From an uncultured Alphaproteobacteria bacterium (lineage in GTDB: Bacteria > Pseudomonadota > Alphaproteobacteria > JAGOMX01): 64,000 nt of DNA. Below the pieces are notes generated by a model. That model had not been told where the DNA came from, did no database searches, and worked only from the letters and a program-made list of their open reading frames with translations. Shown here piece by piece: positions 19,062 to 28,925 of this stretch. Made by a program: the position numbers and the translations under genes. The stretch covers positions 17,286 to 81,285 of the forward strand of contig CAWAEF010000031.1 of NCBI GenBank assembly GCA_963780985.1, written 5' to 3'. The first letter of the stretch is position 1; each line of letters begins with the position of its first letter.

Positions 19062-19198
19062 CCAGCTGCCTCCCCTGCGAAAGCAGGGGCCCAGCCCTTA
19101 ACATGTGCTGCGTAGCAGCTCTGTATAGAAATACAGAGTCACTGCCGCGACACATTTTGCGCTGGACCCCTGCTTTCGCAGGGGAGGCAAGCTGGGGG
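19062..19198. repeat. 135-bp palindromic element, family A, copy 2 (inverted orientation)
   Basis: ccagctgcctcccctgcgaaagcagggg ... cccctgctttcgcaggggaggcaagctggggg. It is nested inside the pyrH-tsf palindrome. Confidence 0.85.
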
Positions 19199-19375
19199 CA
19201 ATCATCTCCCCTTGAACGCCTTGGCCATCAGAAGGAGCGAGGATCCATAGCAATCTAGTGCAGCACTTGACTATGTGTACCAGTCTGGACTATCGCACTG
19301 GGTTGTCACGGTGCCGCGCGCTGCGCAGCACCTCTCAATGACGGGCTGCTGGAGAGCCAAAATCTGACCCCGGAG

Positions 19376-19420
19376 TCTAGATTCCAGATTCTAGATTCTA
19401 GATTCCGGATTCCGGATTCT
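19376..19420. repeat. tandem heptamer array, reverse complement of the 18821 array (RGATTCT, about 6 units)
   Basis: tctagattcc agattct agattct agattcc ggattcc ggattct read directly. Confidence 0.9.
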
Positions 19421-19433
19421 ACCCCCTCAACCC

Positions 19434-20360
19434 TTACTTATTCAATTGTGCAGCAACTTCCGCTGCAAAATCTGTTTCTTCCTTTTCAATACCTTCGCCC
19501 AAGCCAAAGCGGATAAAGCCTTTGAGCTCAACGGGTGTACCAAGTTCTTTTGCGGCATCTTCAAGGACGTCTTTAACGCGCTTGTCAGGGCCCATAACGA
19601 ATTCTTGCTCGATGAGGACGACTTGCTCATAGTATTTGCGCATGCGGCCATCGATCATCTTGTCTAGGAATTCAGCAGGTTTGCCGGAAGCCTTGGCCAT
19701 ATCTTCATGAACGGCGCGCTCCTTGGCAACCAGCGCCTGATCCAACTCGTGGATGAATGCAGATTGCGGGTTCGTTGCTGCCACGTGCATAGCGATTTGT
19801 CTTGCGACCTCATAAAGGCGCTTGGTATCGCCGGTGGATTCGAGGCCAACCAGCACACCAATTCGGCCAAGGCCTTCGGCTGTTTGGTTGTGCACATAGG
19901 ATGCCACTACGCCTTGCTTTACTTCCATGAGCTCCGCACGGCGGAAAGTCATGTTTTCGCCAATAGTCGCGATCAAGTTTGTGAGCTCAGTCTCAACAGT
20001 GTTGCCGGTGCCGGGATAGCTAGCAGCTTTCAAAGCATCGGGATTAGTTCCCTCGTTTAAAGCAATTTTCGCGAGGGTGGAAACATATGCTTGGAACTGG
20101 TCGTTACGAGCAATGAAGTCTGTTTCTGCATTGACTTCAACGCAGGCACCCTTATTGCCAGCCGTAGCCACGCCAACCAGACCCTCAGCCGCAACGCGGC
20201 TTGCCTTCTTAGATGCAGCAGCCAAACCCTTTTTGCGCAGCCAGTCAGCTGCCGCTTCAATATCACCATTGGTTTCTGCGAGTGCTTTTTTGCAATCCAT
20301 CATGCCCGCGCCCGTACGATCGCGTAGTTCCTTGACCATTGCAGCTGTTACTGTAGACAT
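19434..20360 (-). CDS. tsf: translation elongation factor Ts
   Basis: 308 aa. The N-terminal UBA-like VKELRDRTGAGMMDCKKAL is present, and it follows rpsB. Confidence 0.95.
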   Translation of the reverse strand: MSTVTAAMVKELRDRTGAGMMDCKKALAETNGDIEAAADWLRKKGLAAASKKASRVAAEGLVGVATAGNKGACVEVNAETDFIARNDQFQAYVSTLAKIALNEGTNPDALKAASYPGTGNTVETELTNLIATIGENMTFRRAELMEVKQGVVASYVHNQTAEGLGRIGVLVGLESTGDTKRLYEVARQIAMHVAATNPQSAFIHELDQALVAKERAVHEDMAKASGKPAEFLDKMIDGRMRKYYEQVVLIEQEFVMGPDKRVKDVLEDAAKELGTPVELKGFIRFGLGEGIEKEETDFAAEVAAQLNK

Positions 20361-20478
20361 TGTCTAACCCCTTTTATTTTAGTATCTGTTATTTCGATTT
20401 CTTGCGGGGAGTCCAAGCTCACCCATAAGCAGCCAGGGAGCCGCGACCATAAGATCGCGCGCTCCAGGCAGTGCTATA

Positions 20479-21708
20479 TTACTTCTTTTCCTTAGCTGCA
20501 GGCTTAGCCTTAGCAGCCGCAGGCTTTTCGGCCTTAGTTGCAGCTTCCGCTTTCTTGGCAGGAGCAGCAGCTTTTTCAGCCTTGGGTGCAGCTTCCGCTT
20601 TCTTAGCAGGAGCAGCAGCTTTTTCAGCCTTAGGCGCAGCTTCCGCCTTCTCGGCAGGAGCAGCAGCTTTTTCAGCCTTAGGCGCAGCTTCTGCCTTCTT
20701 CGCGGGAGCAGCAGCCTTTTCAGCCTTAGGAGCAGCTTCTGCCTTCTCGGCAGGAGCAGCGGCTTTTTCAGCCTTAGGTGCGGCTTCTTCCTTCTTTGCA
20801 GGTGCTTTAGCTTCAGTCTTCTCAGCTGCTTTCTTTGCAGGAGCTTCAACCTTAGCTTCAGGCTTCTTAGCAGCTTCAGCCTTCGGAGCCGCCTTCTTAG
20901 CAGGAGCTTCTGCTTCAGCCTTTGGTGCCTTCGCAGGTTTTTCTGCAAATGCCGCAATGACTTCGAGCTCGCTCGCAGGAAGCTCAACGGCTTCGCCTAG
21001 ATCAATACCCGCTGCGACCATCTGGTCAGAAAGACCATCAAGAACTGCACCAGCAAATAGGTCACAGAAGAAACGAATAGAACGCAGTGCGTCATCGTTG
21101 CCAGGAACCGGATAATCGATTTCGGACGGGTCAGAGTTACTGTCGACCACGGCCACGATTGGTAGGCCTAGTTTACGTGCTTCTTTAATGGCTGTGAGCT
21201 CTTTATTGGTGTCAATAATCACCAAGATGCTAGGCACGCCACCCATCTCGCGGATACCGCCGATGGCACGTTCCAACTTTTCGCGCTCGCGCGTCAGTTG
21301 CAGAATCTCTTTCTTCGTCAAACCCTTTTCAGGATTGTTCAATGCTTCTTCATACTCACCCAGTCTCTTAATAGACCGAGAAACAGTCTTCCAGTTGGTC
21401 ATCATGCCGCCCAACCAACGGTGGTTGACGTAGTACTGACCACATCGACTTGCTGCTTCAGCGATGACGGCGGAAGCTTGAGGCTTTGTGCCCACGAATA
21501 GCACGCGGCCACCCTTGGTCACCACATCGTGCACGGCCTTCAATGCTTCTTCGAGCATCGGCACAGTTTTTTCTAGGTTGATAACGTGGACATTGTTACG
21601 AACGCCAAACAAATAGGGCTCCATACGTGGATTCCAACGGCGAGGGTGATGTCCAAAGTGAATGCCAGCTTCAAGCATCTGGCGCATAGTAAATGTAGGT
21701 ATAGCCAT
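20479..21708 (-). CDS. rpsB: 30S ribosomal protein S2 with about 155-aa Ala/Lys/Glu/Pro repeat C-terminal extension
   Basis: The N-terminal 250 aa is canonical S2 ([13 protein letters not shown]...). The tail begins near residue 255 (20482-20946). Confidence 0.93.
   Translation of the reverse strand: MAIPTFTMRQMLEAGIHFGHHPRRWNPRMEPYLFGVRNNVHVINLEKTVPMLEEALKAVHDVVTKGGRVLFVGTKPQASAVIAEAASRCGQYYVNHRWLGGMMTNWKTVSRSIKRLGEYEEALNNPEKGLTKKEILQLTREREKLERAIGGIREMGGVPSILVIIDTNKELTAIKEARKLGLPIVAVVDSNSDPSEIDYPVPGNDDALRSIRFFCDLFAGAVLDGLSDQMVAAGIDLGEAVELPASELEVIAAFAEKPAKAPKAEAEAPAKKAAPKAEAAKKPEAKVEAPAKKAAEKTEAKAPAKKEEAAPKAEKAAAPAEKAEAAPKAEKAAAPAKKAEAAPKAEKAAAPAEKAEAAPKAEKAAAPAKKAEAAPKAEKAAAPAKKAEAATKAEKPAAAKAKPAAKEKK
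20545..20784. repeat. 48-bp in-frame tandem repeat (5 units) inside the rpsB tail
   Basis: It encodes [12 protein letters not shown][EK]KAE x5. The 48-nt DNA periodicity is visible directly. Confidence 0.85.
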
Positions 21709-21862
21709 AATTTTACTCCTATTCCGGTTATATCCTCCGCAGGGACTGCCATTTCTAGCACCGGAGCGACCGACAACCGTCGTGCGCTATCCTGCGTGTG
21801 TTTTAATGTATAGGGTATAGCCGTTTTCGCGACTTATTACAAGTGTTTTTGACAACCATTCC

Positions 21863-22506
21863 TTACTTCGTTCCAAACAGTCTATCGCCCGCATCGCCTA
21901 AGCCTGGGACGATATATGCGAGCTCATTAAGGTGATCATCCAGAGCGGCGGCGAAGATGGGGATGTCGCTGTATTTCTCGTTGAAAACCGCAATGCCCTC
22001 AGGCACGGTAACCAGGGCAAGAAACAGAATTTTCTTACGATCAACGCCACGTTCCACCAGTATATCCAGCGCTTTTACCGCCGAATAACCTGTGGCCAGC
22101 ATAGGGTCTACCACGATGAAGATTTGATCCTCTATAGGGGGTAGTTTGACCAGATATTCAACAGGCCGATGTGTTTCGTGATCCCGATAAAGGCCGATGT
22201 GTCCCTCGTTGGATGTAGGTATAAGTTCCCGCAAGGCATCAGCCATGCCCAGGCCAGCTCTTAATATAGGGACGATGGTCACGTCATGGCCGTCGAATAC
22301 TCTTCCCGTGGTAGAAGCCACCGGCGTTTGAATCGTCACGGTTTTGGTGGAAAGTCCTTGGTGACTTCATATCCCATTAGCAAAGCAATTTCCCGCAGCA
22401 GGCGCCTGAAATGGCCAGACCTAGTCTCCTCCATACGCATGAGGGTCAGTTTATGTTGGATGAGTGGATGGTTGATAACGTGTAAATTCGCAAAAGAATG
22501 AGCCAT
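21863..22506 (-). pseudogene. upp: uracil phosphoribosyltransferase interrupted by one frameshift
   Basis: N-terminal piece [24 protein letters not shown]...[11 protein letters not shown] and C-terminal piece TIQTP...ILRAGLGM...DPMLATG...PGLGDAGDRLFGTK lie in different frames. They join near the T4 run at 22342-22345, and adding one base restores PPKTVTIQ. Confidence 0.85.
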
Positions 22507-22578
22507 GGCTGTCCCCATATGTTTGTGTTCATAATCTTTTCGCATTCTTAGGGGCGGATTGCAAGGTACAAATAAGGT

Positions 22579-23917
22579 TTAATCGTTCAATCGTCGCGGT
22601 CGGGCGGGGTGGGTTTCTTTGATGAAGCCTAGCATGAATAGCGATAACGACAGGCATATTGGGATTACCGCCAAGGCATAGCGATAGTCCACTTCGTTAT
22701 AGACTGGATGGCCGTCCACCATTAATCCATTCCAACTTAAGTCGAGCATTTTGCCTACCAGTGGGTGATAGAAAGCGCCGCAGGCCATCACCAACATGTT
22801 GCTAAAGCCCACGCTGACACCGCTGGAAGAGGGCGGCATGATTTCGGTCATGCTGGCAAAGCAAAGGCACTTGGCGGTATAGCTGAAGCCAGCGATGAAG
22901 AATAGGGCGTACATTACAGAAAGAGGTATACCATGGACAAATACCACGATCATGTAGACGCTCAACGAGGTAAGGCCGCCTATGTACATAGGAATGCGTC
23001 GGCTTCTAAGCCTATCTGAAAGGGTTGTGTAACAGGGCTGCCCAGGGCTGCGCCTAAGAATAAGCTGGTGTTGATCAGTGCGGCTTCGGTTTTGCCTATG
23101 CCATAGATGCTCTCGATAAAGGGGACGCTCCAGGCGTCTCCCATGATGATCATGGGTGCATACATCAGGGTGCTGAACCCAGAGATGAACCAGGCTTGTG
23201 GCGATTTCAGAACGCGCTTCAATCCACCAAACATGTGCTCTTTAGGGCCCGTTCGCACTGGCATATCGCCTGAAGGCGTATTGCGCACGAATATGAAAAT
23301 GATCGTACCAATGGCCAGACCCACAACTCCCAATACCTGTAGGCTCCCTGCCAACCAACCGTATCAATCAAATATCTCAAAGGGGGACCGCCTAAGGCAG
23401 CGCCCGATGTGCCTAAGACCATGGCCAGGGCTATGACGTTGCCGATTTTTTGGGGTGGAAACCACATGGTGCCAAGTTTGATGGTGCCAGGCAGGCCGCT
23501 GGCGGCGCCCATGCCCATCATAAAACGGGCAAAGCCAGCTACATAAAAGTTTGTGGTCATGGAAAAGATAAAACAAGCTATGCCGCAGATAAACCCGGCC
23601 AGTGACAGCAATCGCCTGGGGCCAAATTTGTCCATGGTGATGCCAAGGGGGATCTGCATACCCGAATAGGTCCAGTAATAAAAGCCAACCATCAAGCCAA
23701 ACGCAGCGGCGTCAATGCCGAGAGCCGTCATGATTTCGTTGTTGAGAACGTTCGGGAATACACGAATGACGAATTGATAGCAATAGAATACACCCGCGCA
23801 GGTAACCATAAACCATGCGCGCTTGCTACCCAAAAGGGATGTGTCAGCCTGAGTATCTGCTTCAGCTCTCTTCATACGGCCCTGTAAATTCAGATGTCCA
23901 AAAGACAAGTCAATCAC
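22579..23917 (-). pseudogene. MFS transporter interrupted by two frameshifts
   Basis: Three consecutive ORFs (23219-23917, 22980-23354, 22579-22989) together make one 12-TM-type MFS protein. The junctions lie near 23351-23352 and 23022-23024, and each is restored by adding one base. Confidence 0.8.
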
Positions 23918-24067
23918 AGCAGGGGAAAAAACACAAGATTTTTCGAACCTTCGCTGTTACTGGCGGTAATTTTAGATTGAAACAATGAGCGTGTTCTCGT
24001 ATTATTTTGGTGACTAATTTACGTAGCCCATGGGCGGGGGAAGTCGTTAATAATATGGAGACTTTCA

Positions 24068-24670
24068 ATGCTTAAAAACACCAGGTCAAAGATGGTAGAT
24101 AAAGAAGCCCTACGCAAAACGGCTATGGACAGGCGACTGGCGTTTGTGTCCAGCCTTAGCTTTGGCACGCTGGAGCGGGTATCCCTTGGGCTTGTGGAGC
24201 GTTTTCAGCAGTATTTCCAGATTCCGAAAGACTATGTGATTAGCACTTATTTTCCTAAAGCTGACGAGCAGAATGTGCGGCTGCTGAATTTCTTCCTGAC
24301 TGAGGAAGGATATGTGATGGCCTACCCCCGCGTGGAAGAATCAGGGAATTTAAGTTTTCGGCAAGTCCATTCGACCAAAGAGCTAGAAATGGGATCCTTC
24401 GGGGTCATGCAGCCGTCTGAATCGGCACCCATGGTAGATCCGGATCTTTTCATCGTGCCGCTGTTGGCTTTTGATGTCCGCTGTCATCGCTTAGGCTATG
24501 GTAAGGGACATTACGATAGAGCCCTTGCCCAGGCTCGAGCAGACAGGAATGTTTTGGCAATTGGCGTCGCATATGATATGCAGAGAATAGATGAAATACC
24601 AGATGAGCCACTGGACGAGCAATTGGAGTTTGTCGTGACGGAGGCTCGGATATATAAGGCTGAAATGTAA
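24068..24670 (+). CDS. 5-formyltetrahydrofolate cyclo-ligase
   Basis: 200 aa with the C-terminal family motif VPLLAFDVRCHRLGYGKGHYDRAL. Confidence 0.85.
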   Translation: MLKNTRSKMVDKEALRKTAMDRRLAFVSSLSFGTLERVSLGLVERFQQYFQIPKDYVISTYFPKADEQNVRLLNFFLTEEGYVMAYPRVEESGNLSFRQVHSTKELEMGSFGVMQPSESAPMVDPDLFIVPLLAFDVRCHRLGYGKGHYDRALAQARADRNVLAIGVAYDMQRIDEIPDEPLDEQLEFVVTEARIYKAEM

Positions 24671-25488
24671 TGAAGTTATTATTTTGCGGAGACGTCGTAG
24701 GACGGTCCGGTCGGGAAGCTGTCCTGAAAGAAATTCCTCGTCTTAAAGAAAAACACGCCTTGGACGTGATCGTTGTGAACGGCGAGAATTCTGCCGGTGG
24801 CTTTGGAATTACGGGTACTATTGGCAAGTCATTCTTTGACGCCGGGGTCGACATTATCACCACTGGCAACCATGTTTGGCGGCAAAAGGATGTGGTGTCC
24901 TATATCAGCAACGAAAAACGTTTGCTGCGGCCTATGAACTATTCCAACAAAAAGCTACCGGGCGCAGGCATCGGTGTTCATAAGATGAAGGATGGCCGCA
25001 ACTTTGTTGTGCTCCATGCCTTGGGTCGGTTGTTTATGCCCGACCAGGTGGACTGTCCATTTTATGCCATCGATGAAGTTTTAGAGGCCGTGAACCTGTC
25101 CAACAAGAACGTTGCCGGCATTATGCTGGATTTCCATGGGGAAGTAACCAGCGAGAAGATGGCCATGGGCCATTTCTTGGATGGGCGCGTTTCATTCGTA
25201 GTAGGCACCCATACCCATGTGCCGACGGCAGATGCCATGATATTGCCCAACGGTACGGCCTATCAGTCAGACGCCGGTATGTGTGGGGACTATAATTCGG
25301 TTATCGGTATGGATAAAAAAATCCCCATCGCTAAGTTTTTGGGCAAGCTCGTCGACGCGAAGATGGAGCCCGCCATGGGTGAAGCGACTTTGTGTGGCTG
25401 CCTTGTGGAGATCAGCGATGAGACTGGGTTGGCAACGAAAATTGATCCTATTCGCATCGGCGGGGTATTAAGTCAAACGGGAGCGTAA
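24670..25488 (+). CDS. YmdB-like metallophosphoesterase (TIGR00282 family)
   Basis: 272 aa with MKLLFCGDVVGRSGR, NGENSAGGFGIT and ITTGNHVW. Confidence 0.85.
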   Translation: MKLLFCGDVVGRSGREAVLKEIPRLKEKHALDVIVVNGENSAGGFGITGTIGKSFFDAGVDIITTGNHVWRQKDVVSYISNEKRLLRPMNYSNKKLPGAGIGVHKMKDGRNFVVLHALGRLFMPDQVDCPFYAIDEVLEAVNLSNKNVAGIMLDFHGEVTSEKMAMGHFLDGRVSFVVGTHTHVPTADAMILPNGTAYQSDAGMCGDYNSVIGMDKKIPIAKFLGKLVDAKMEPAMGEATLCGCLVEISDETGLATKIDPIRIGGVLSQTGA

Positions 25489-25491
25489 GAC

Positions 25492-26268
25492 ATGTTTGTG
25501 GACAGCCATTGTCATTTAAATTATCCAGAATTTACCAACGACCTCGATGGGGTGATCAACAGGGCGGCGGATGTGGGCATAACTAAGATGCTCACCATCT
25601 GTACGGAGCTTTCTGAGGCACAAGCTGTTCTCGATATCGCCAACTCGCGGGATGAAATTTACTGTTCCGTGGGCGTGCATCCTCATGAGGCAAAACTAGC
25701 CGTCGAGGAGGGTGGCCTTTACGAGGGGCTGAAGCAGTATACCCAGTTCAAGAAAGTGGTTGGTTTGGGCGAGACTGGTCTGGACTATTATTACGAACAC
25801 AGTCCCAAGGCCGCCCAGCAAGAGGCTTTCGAGGCGCATATACGCGTGGCCAAAGAAACAGGGCTGCCGTTGATTATCCATACCCGGGATGCGGAGGAAG
25901 ACACCATCGCTATGCTCCGCAAGGAGCAGGGAAACATTACCGGCGTGATCCACTGTTTCAGTGGCACCCAATGGCTCTGTGACCAGGCATTGGCGCTTGG
26001 CTTCTATATTTCCATTTCCGGGATTGTGACCTTTAAGAAGGCCGAGGAGATTCGTGAGTCTGTGAAAACGGTTCCTTTAGATCGGCTGCTGTTGGAAACA
26101 GATGCACCCTATTTGGCGCCAGTGCCCATGCGAGGAAAAGGCAACGAGCCGAGCTTTATGATTCATACAGCCAAGACCGTTGCGGAACTCAAAGATATCA
26201 GCATGGATGAGCTCGCCAAGGTAACAACCAATAATTTTGCCATCCTGTTTAATAAGACGATGCTGTAG
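25492..26268 (+). CDS. tatD: TatD family metal-dependent hydrolase
   Basis: 258 aa with MFVDSHCHL, GETGLDYYY, IHTRDAEEDT, IHCFSG and ETDAPYLAP. Confidence 0.9.
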   Translation: MFVDSHCHLNYPEFTNDLDGVINRAADVGITKMLTICTELSEAQAVLDIANSRDEIYCSVGVHPHEAKLAVEEGGLYEGLKQYTQFKKVVGLGETGLDYYYEHSPKAAQQEAFEAHIRVAKETGLPLIIHTRDAEEDTIAMLRKEQGNITGVIHCFSGTQWLCDQALALGFYISISGIVTFKKAEEIRESVKTVPLDRLLLETDAPYLAPVPMRGKGNEPSFMIHTAKTVAELKDISMDELAKVTTNNFAILFNKTML

Positions 26269-26291
26269 TATAGTGCTTCGAATATTACACT

Positions 26292-26400
26292 GGCTCTTGT
26301 GCATAACGGGTGGGTTATATGTAATCTTCTGCCCCCGTAGACGTCATCCTTCACTACCGCCCGCTTCGCGGTCGTTCGTTCAGGATGACGGTCAAGGGGG
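26292..26400. mobile_element. truncated and collapsed copy of the TIR element
   Basis: The left TIR ggctcttgtgcataacgggtgggttatatgtaatcttctgccccc is present. It is joined to a collapsed long-stem module (26343-26389). The right outer arm is absent. Confidence 0.7.
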
Positions 26401-26422
26401 GCAGCGTCAATGATTTAAAGCT

Positions 26423-26764
26423 CTAACCCAACTGTATAGGCTTTTCCTCAATCTTCGGGCCAAATGTCTTTGGCTCCCATTCCATTGATTCCCAAAGAGT
26501 CTTTGGTTCAGGAGGTTTCGGTGGCGCTGGAGGGTAGCCCGCTATAAATTGTCTTTCTTGTTCCGCCTGCGGCTGCGCATAACAATCGGCCGTAGCCAAG
26601 GTCTTATAACAGTACAAGGGCTGAGGATAGAATTTAGTCCCATAGGGCGCATAGTCCCGGGCTTGAATCATTTCAGACGTGTAAAATTCACCATTAAGCC
26701 ATTTACTGCCACAGCCGGCTAATGTGAACGCCACGAAAGTTAAGGCTACAAGTTTATATCGCAT
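26423..26764 (-). CDS. hypothetical lipoprotein
   Basis: 113 aa. MRYKLVALTFVAFTLAGCGS is a signal peptide plus lipobox LAGC. Confidence 0.7.
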   Translation of the reverse strand: MRYKLVALTFVAFTLAGCGSKWLNGEFYTSEMIQARDYAPYGTKFYPQPLYCYKTLATADCYAQPQAEQERQFIAGYPPAPPKPPEPKTLWESMEWEPKTFGPKIEEKPIQLG

Positions 26765-26918
26765 AAGGTCTGGATTCCTTTTCTACATTACTCATGCAAT
26801 TACCATGCCAGGTAGTGTGGGAAAAAGAGAAGGCAAATACAAGGGGGTTGTCTGTCCGATCCTTCTATGGCACAATTTAGATGAAGTAACAAAATGAAAG
26901 AAAAGGGAGATTTTTCAC

Positions 26919-27308
26919 ATGCAGATGATTAAGTGCGCTTCTCTAACAATTTTTCTGGGCCTAACTTTGAATACATCGGTTTTTGCTAGCAATACGGATT
27001 CTGTAAGTGACGAACCTCTCTCACTCCGCTACGCATCCCCTCAGTCGATACAAACATTAATTATGGCGCCAGAGACGAATGCTAAGACTGATGGTCCCTT
27101 TGGGACTTTTATTAATGACATCGATCAGGGGCTTGAAGAAATCCTTTCTCCAGCCGAAGTTAAACCTAAAGGTGACATTGAATGGACACCGGAAATGCGT
27201 GTGAAACTAGATCAAATAATCGGTATGGTCGTCCAGATAAATCGTAGTATTTATGATCTAGAAATTGGTATGGCGCAACTTATATACGTAAATGGACGTG
27301 GCTACTAA
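26919..27308 (+). CDS. hypothetical secreted protein
   Basis: 129 aa with signal-like MQMIKCASLTIFLGLTLNTSVFA. Confidence 0.6.
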   Translation: MQMIKCASLTIFLGLTLNTSVFASNTDSVSDEPLSLRYASPQSIQTLIMAPETNAKTDGPFGTFINDIDQGLEEILSPAEVKPKGDIEWTPEMRVKLDQIIGMVVQINRSIYDLEIGMAQLIYVNGRGY

Positions 27309-27488
27309 AATTCTAATGCTTAACTCCAGGCCCACTTCTGCTCACAGTTAGGAGCGATTGTGTCCACATGTCTGGAGTTTCCCCCTTTCCTTCAATTCTT
27401 TTCTGAGATGGCAAAAACCTTTGACATAATGCCACTTAAAGTTTAAGTATAACCTCATATTCGTATCTCATATTTTTATGCAAAGGAA

Positions 27489-28925
27489 ATGTTCATGCAT
27501 GCGGTAATTTTATCTGGTGGCGTCGGTAGTCGTTTGTGGCCTGTTTCTCGGGATATGCATCCCAAGCCATTTATGAAGCTGTCCGACAGGCAAAGTTTCC
27601 TGCAGAAAGTATATTTGAGAAGTGCGGCGATCCCTTCGACGCAAAGTATTACGACGGTCACGAATAAAGAGTTGTTCTTTAAGACGAAGCAAGAATTTGA
27701 CGAAGTTAAGAGTCTTGCCGATCATAACGTCGATCTCAATTTCATTACGGAACCTTTCGGACGCAATACGGCTGCGGCTATTGCTTTGGCTGCTTTGAAG
27801 ATTTCTGAGTTATATGGACCAGATTCAATCATGCTGGTGCTGCCTTCTGACCACGTTATTTCTAATCAAGAGGCTTTTGCACAAGCAGTATCCCAGGCTG
27901 AACATTTGGCTCGCCAGGGCAAAGTTGTTACTTTTGGCATTAAGCCAAGCTCCCCGGAAACTGGGTATGGATATATCGAGGCCAAGGGCTTTGATGTTGT
28001 CCGCTTTGTGGAAAAACCTTCATTAGAGCAAGCTGAGATTTACTTAAGTGAAGGTAAGTATTTGTGGAATTCGGGTATGTTCTGTTTTTCTGCGGAGACG
28101 ATGCTGAAGGAAATGCAGGCTCTGTGTCCGGATATTCTGGCTGCGGCCAAAAAATGTTTCGCGTGTTCGAAAGTCGCCGATACGGCTGCATACAGGCATT
28201 TAGAAGTGGATTCTGCAACCTTTAAGGACGTGCCATCCAATTCCATTGACTATGCCATCATGGAAAAGACGACCCATGCGGCCATTATCCCTTGCGACAT
28301 TGGCTGGAGTGACATCGGGACCTGGACGGCTATCAGTGAGTTTTCTGTGCTGGATTCCGATGGTAACAGCATCAATGGCGATGTCATCACCCACGATGTG
28401 AAGAACTGTTATATCCAAAGCCGTGATCGCGTGATCGGTGCGGTGGGCCTTGAGGATCTGATTATCGTGGATACGGAAGACGCGATTCTGGTGGCCAATA
28501 AGAAGAAATCCCAGGAAGTTAAGAATATTTATGCTCAATTAAAGCATGATGGTCACGAGGCGCATAAGCTGCACAAAACCGTGCAGCGGCCCTGGGGAAC
28601 CTATACGGTTTTGGAAGAGGCGCCAGGGTTTAAGATCAAGCGCATTGAGGTGCTGCCAGGGGCTCAGTTGAGCTTGCAGATGCACAACCATCGCGCGGAA
28701 CATTGGGTGGTAGTAAGTGGCACCGCTCTCGTGGTCAATGGCGAGGAAGAAATGACTCTGGGTGTGAGCCAATCCACCTATATTCCCACAGGCAACAAAC
28801 ACCGCTTGAGCAATCCGGCTGAGGATTTGCTTGTGATGATTGAAGTCCAGACAGGGGCATACCTGGGTGAAGACGACATCATTCGATTCGACGACATCTA
28901 TGGACGTGCCAAAGATGCCGCATAG
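27489..28925 (+). CDS. manC: mannose-1-phosphate guanylyltransferase / mannose-6-phosphate isomerase (bifunctional type II PMI-GMP)
   Basis: 478 aa with the N-terminal ILSGGVGSRLWPVSR nucleotidyl-transferase motif and a C-terminal cupin (RPWGTY...QMHNHRAEHWVVVSG). Confidence 0.92.
   Translation: MFMHAVILSGGVGSRLWPVSRDMHPKPFMKLSDRQSFLQKVYLRSAAIPSTQSITTVTNKELFFKTKQEFDEVKSLADHNVDLNFITEPFGRNTAAAIALAALKISELYGPDSIMLVLPSDHVISNQEAFAQAVSQAEHLARQGKVVTFGIKPSSPETGYGYIEAKGFDVVRFVEKPSLEQAEIYLSEGKYLWNSGMFCFSAETMLKEMQALCPDILAAAKKCFACSKVADTAAYRHLEVDSATFKDVPSNSIDYAIMEKTTHAAIIPCDIGWSDIGTWTAISEFSVLDSDGNSINGDVITHDVKNCYIQSRDRVIGAVGLEDLIIVDTEDAILVANKKKSQEVKNIYAQLKHDGHEAHKLHKTVQRPWGTYTVLEEAPGFKIKRIEVLPGAQLSLQMHNHRAEHWVVVSGTALVVNGEEEMTLGVSQSTYIPTGNKHRLSNPAEDLLVMIEVQTGAYLGEDDIIRFDDIYGRAKDAA

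Noticed and set aside
18787-19155. 122-aa ORF across the heptamer array (..FRILDSRFRILDSGFWILDSRFWIL..).
   Set aside because: The periodic peptide is simply the translated AGAATCY microsatellite. It lies in the pyrH-tsf spacer with no coding signal.
18821-19420. Possible CRISPR array (regularly spaced short repeats and palindromes).
   Set aside because: The heptamers are contiguous, with no spacers. The larger palindromic elements are dispersed rather than arrayed. No cas genes are present.
20379-21115. ORFs 20379-20987 (-) and 20471-21115 (+) with LRRLKL or [12 protein letters not shown] repeats.
   Set aside because: They are alternative-frame and antisense readings of the rpsB 48-bp repeat. 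The S2 frame is continuous with a canonical S2 core.
27421-27453. Putative promoter of manC (TTGACA at 27421).
   Set aside because: The -35 is perfect, but the hexamer at the proper 17-nt spacing (TAAGTA) is poor, and the better TATAAC lies 21 nt away. This is not strong enough to call.
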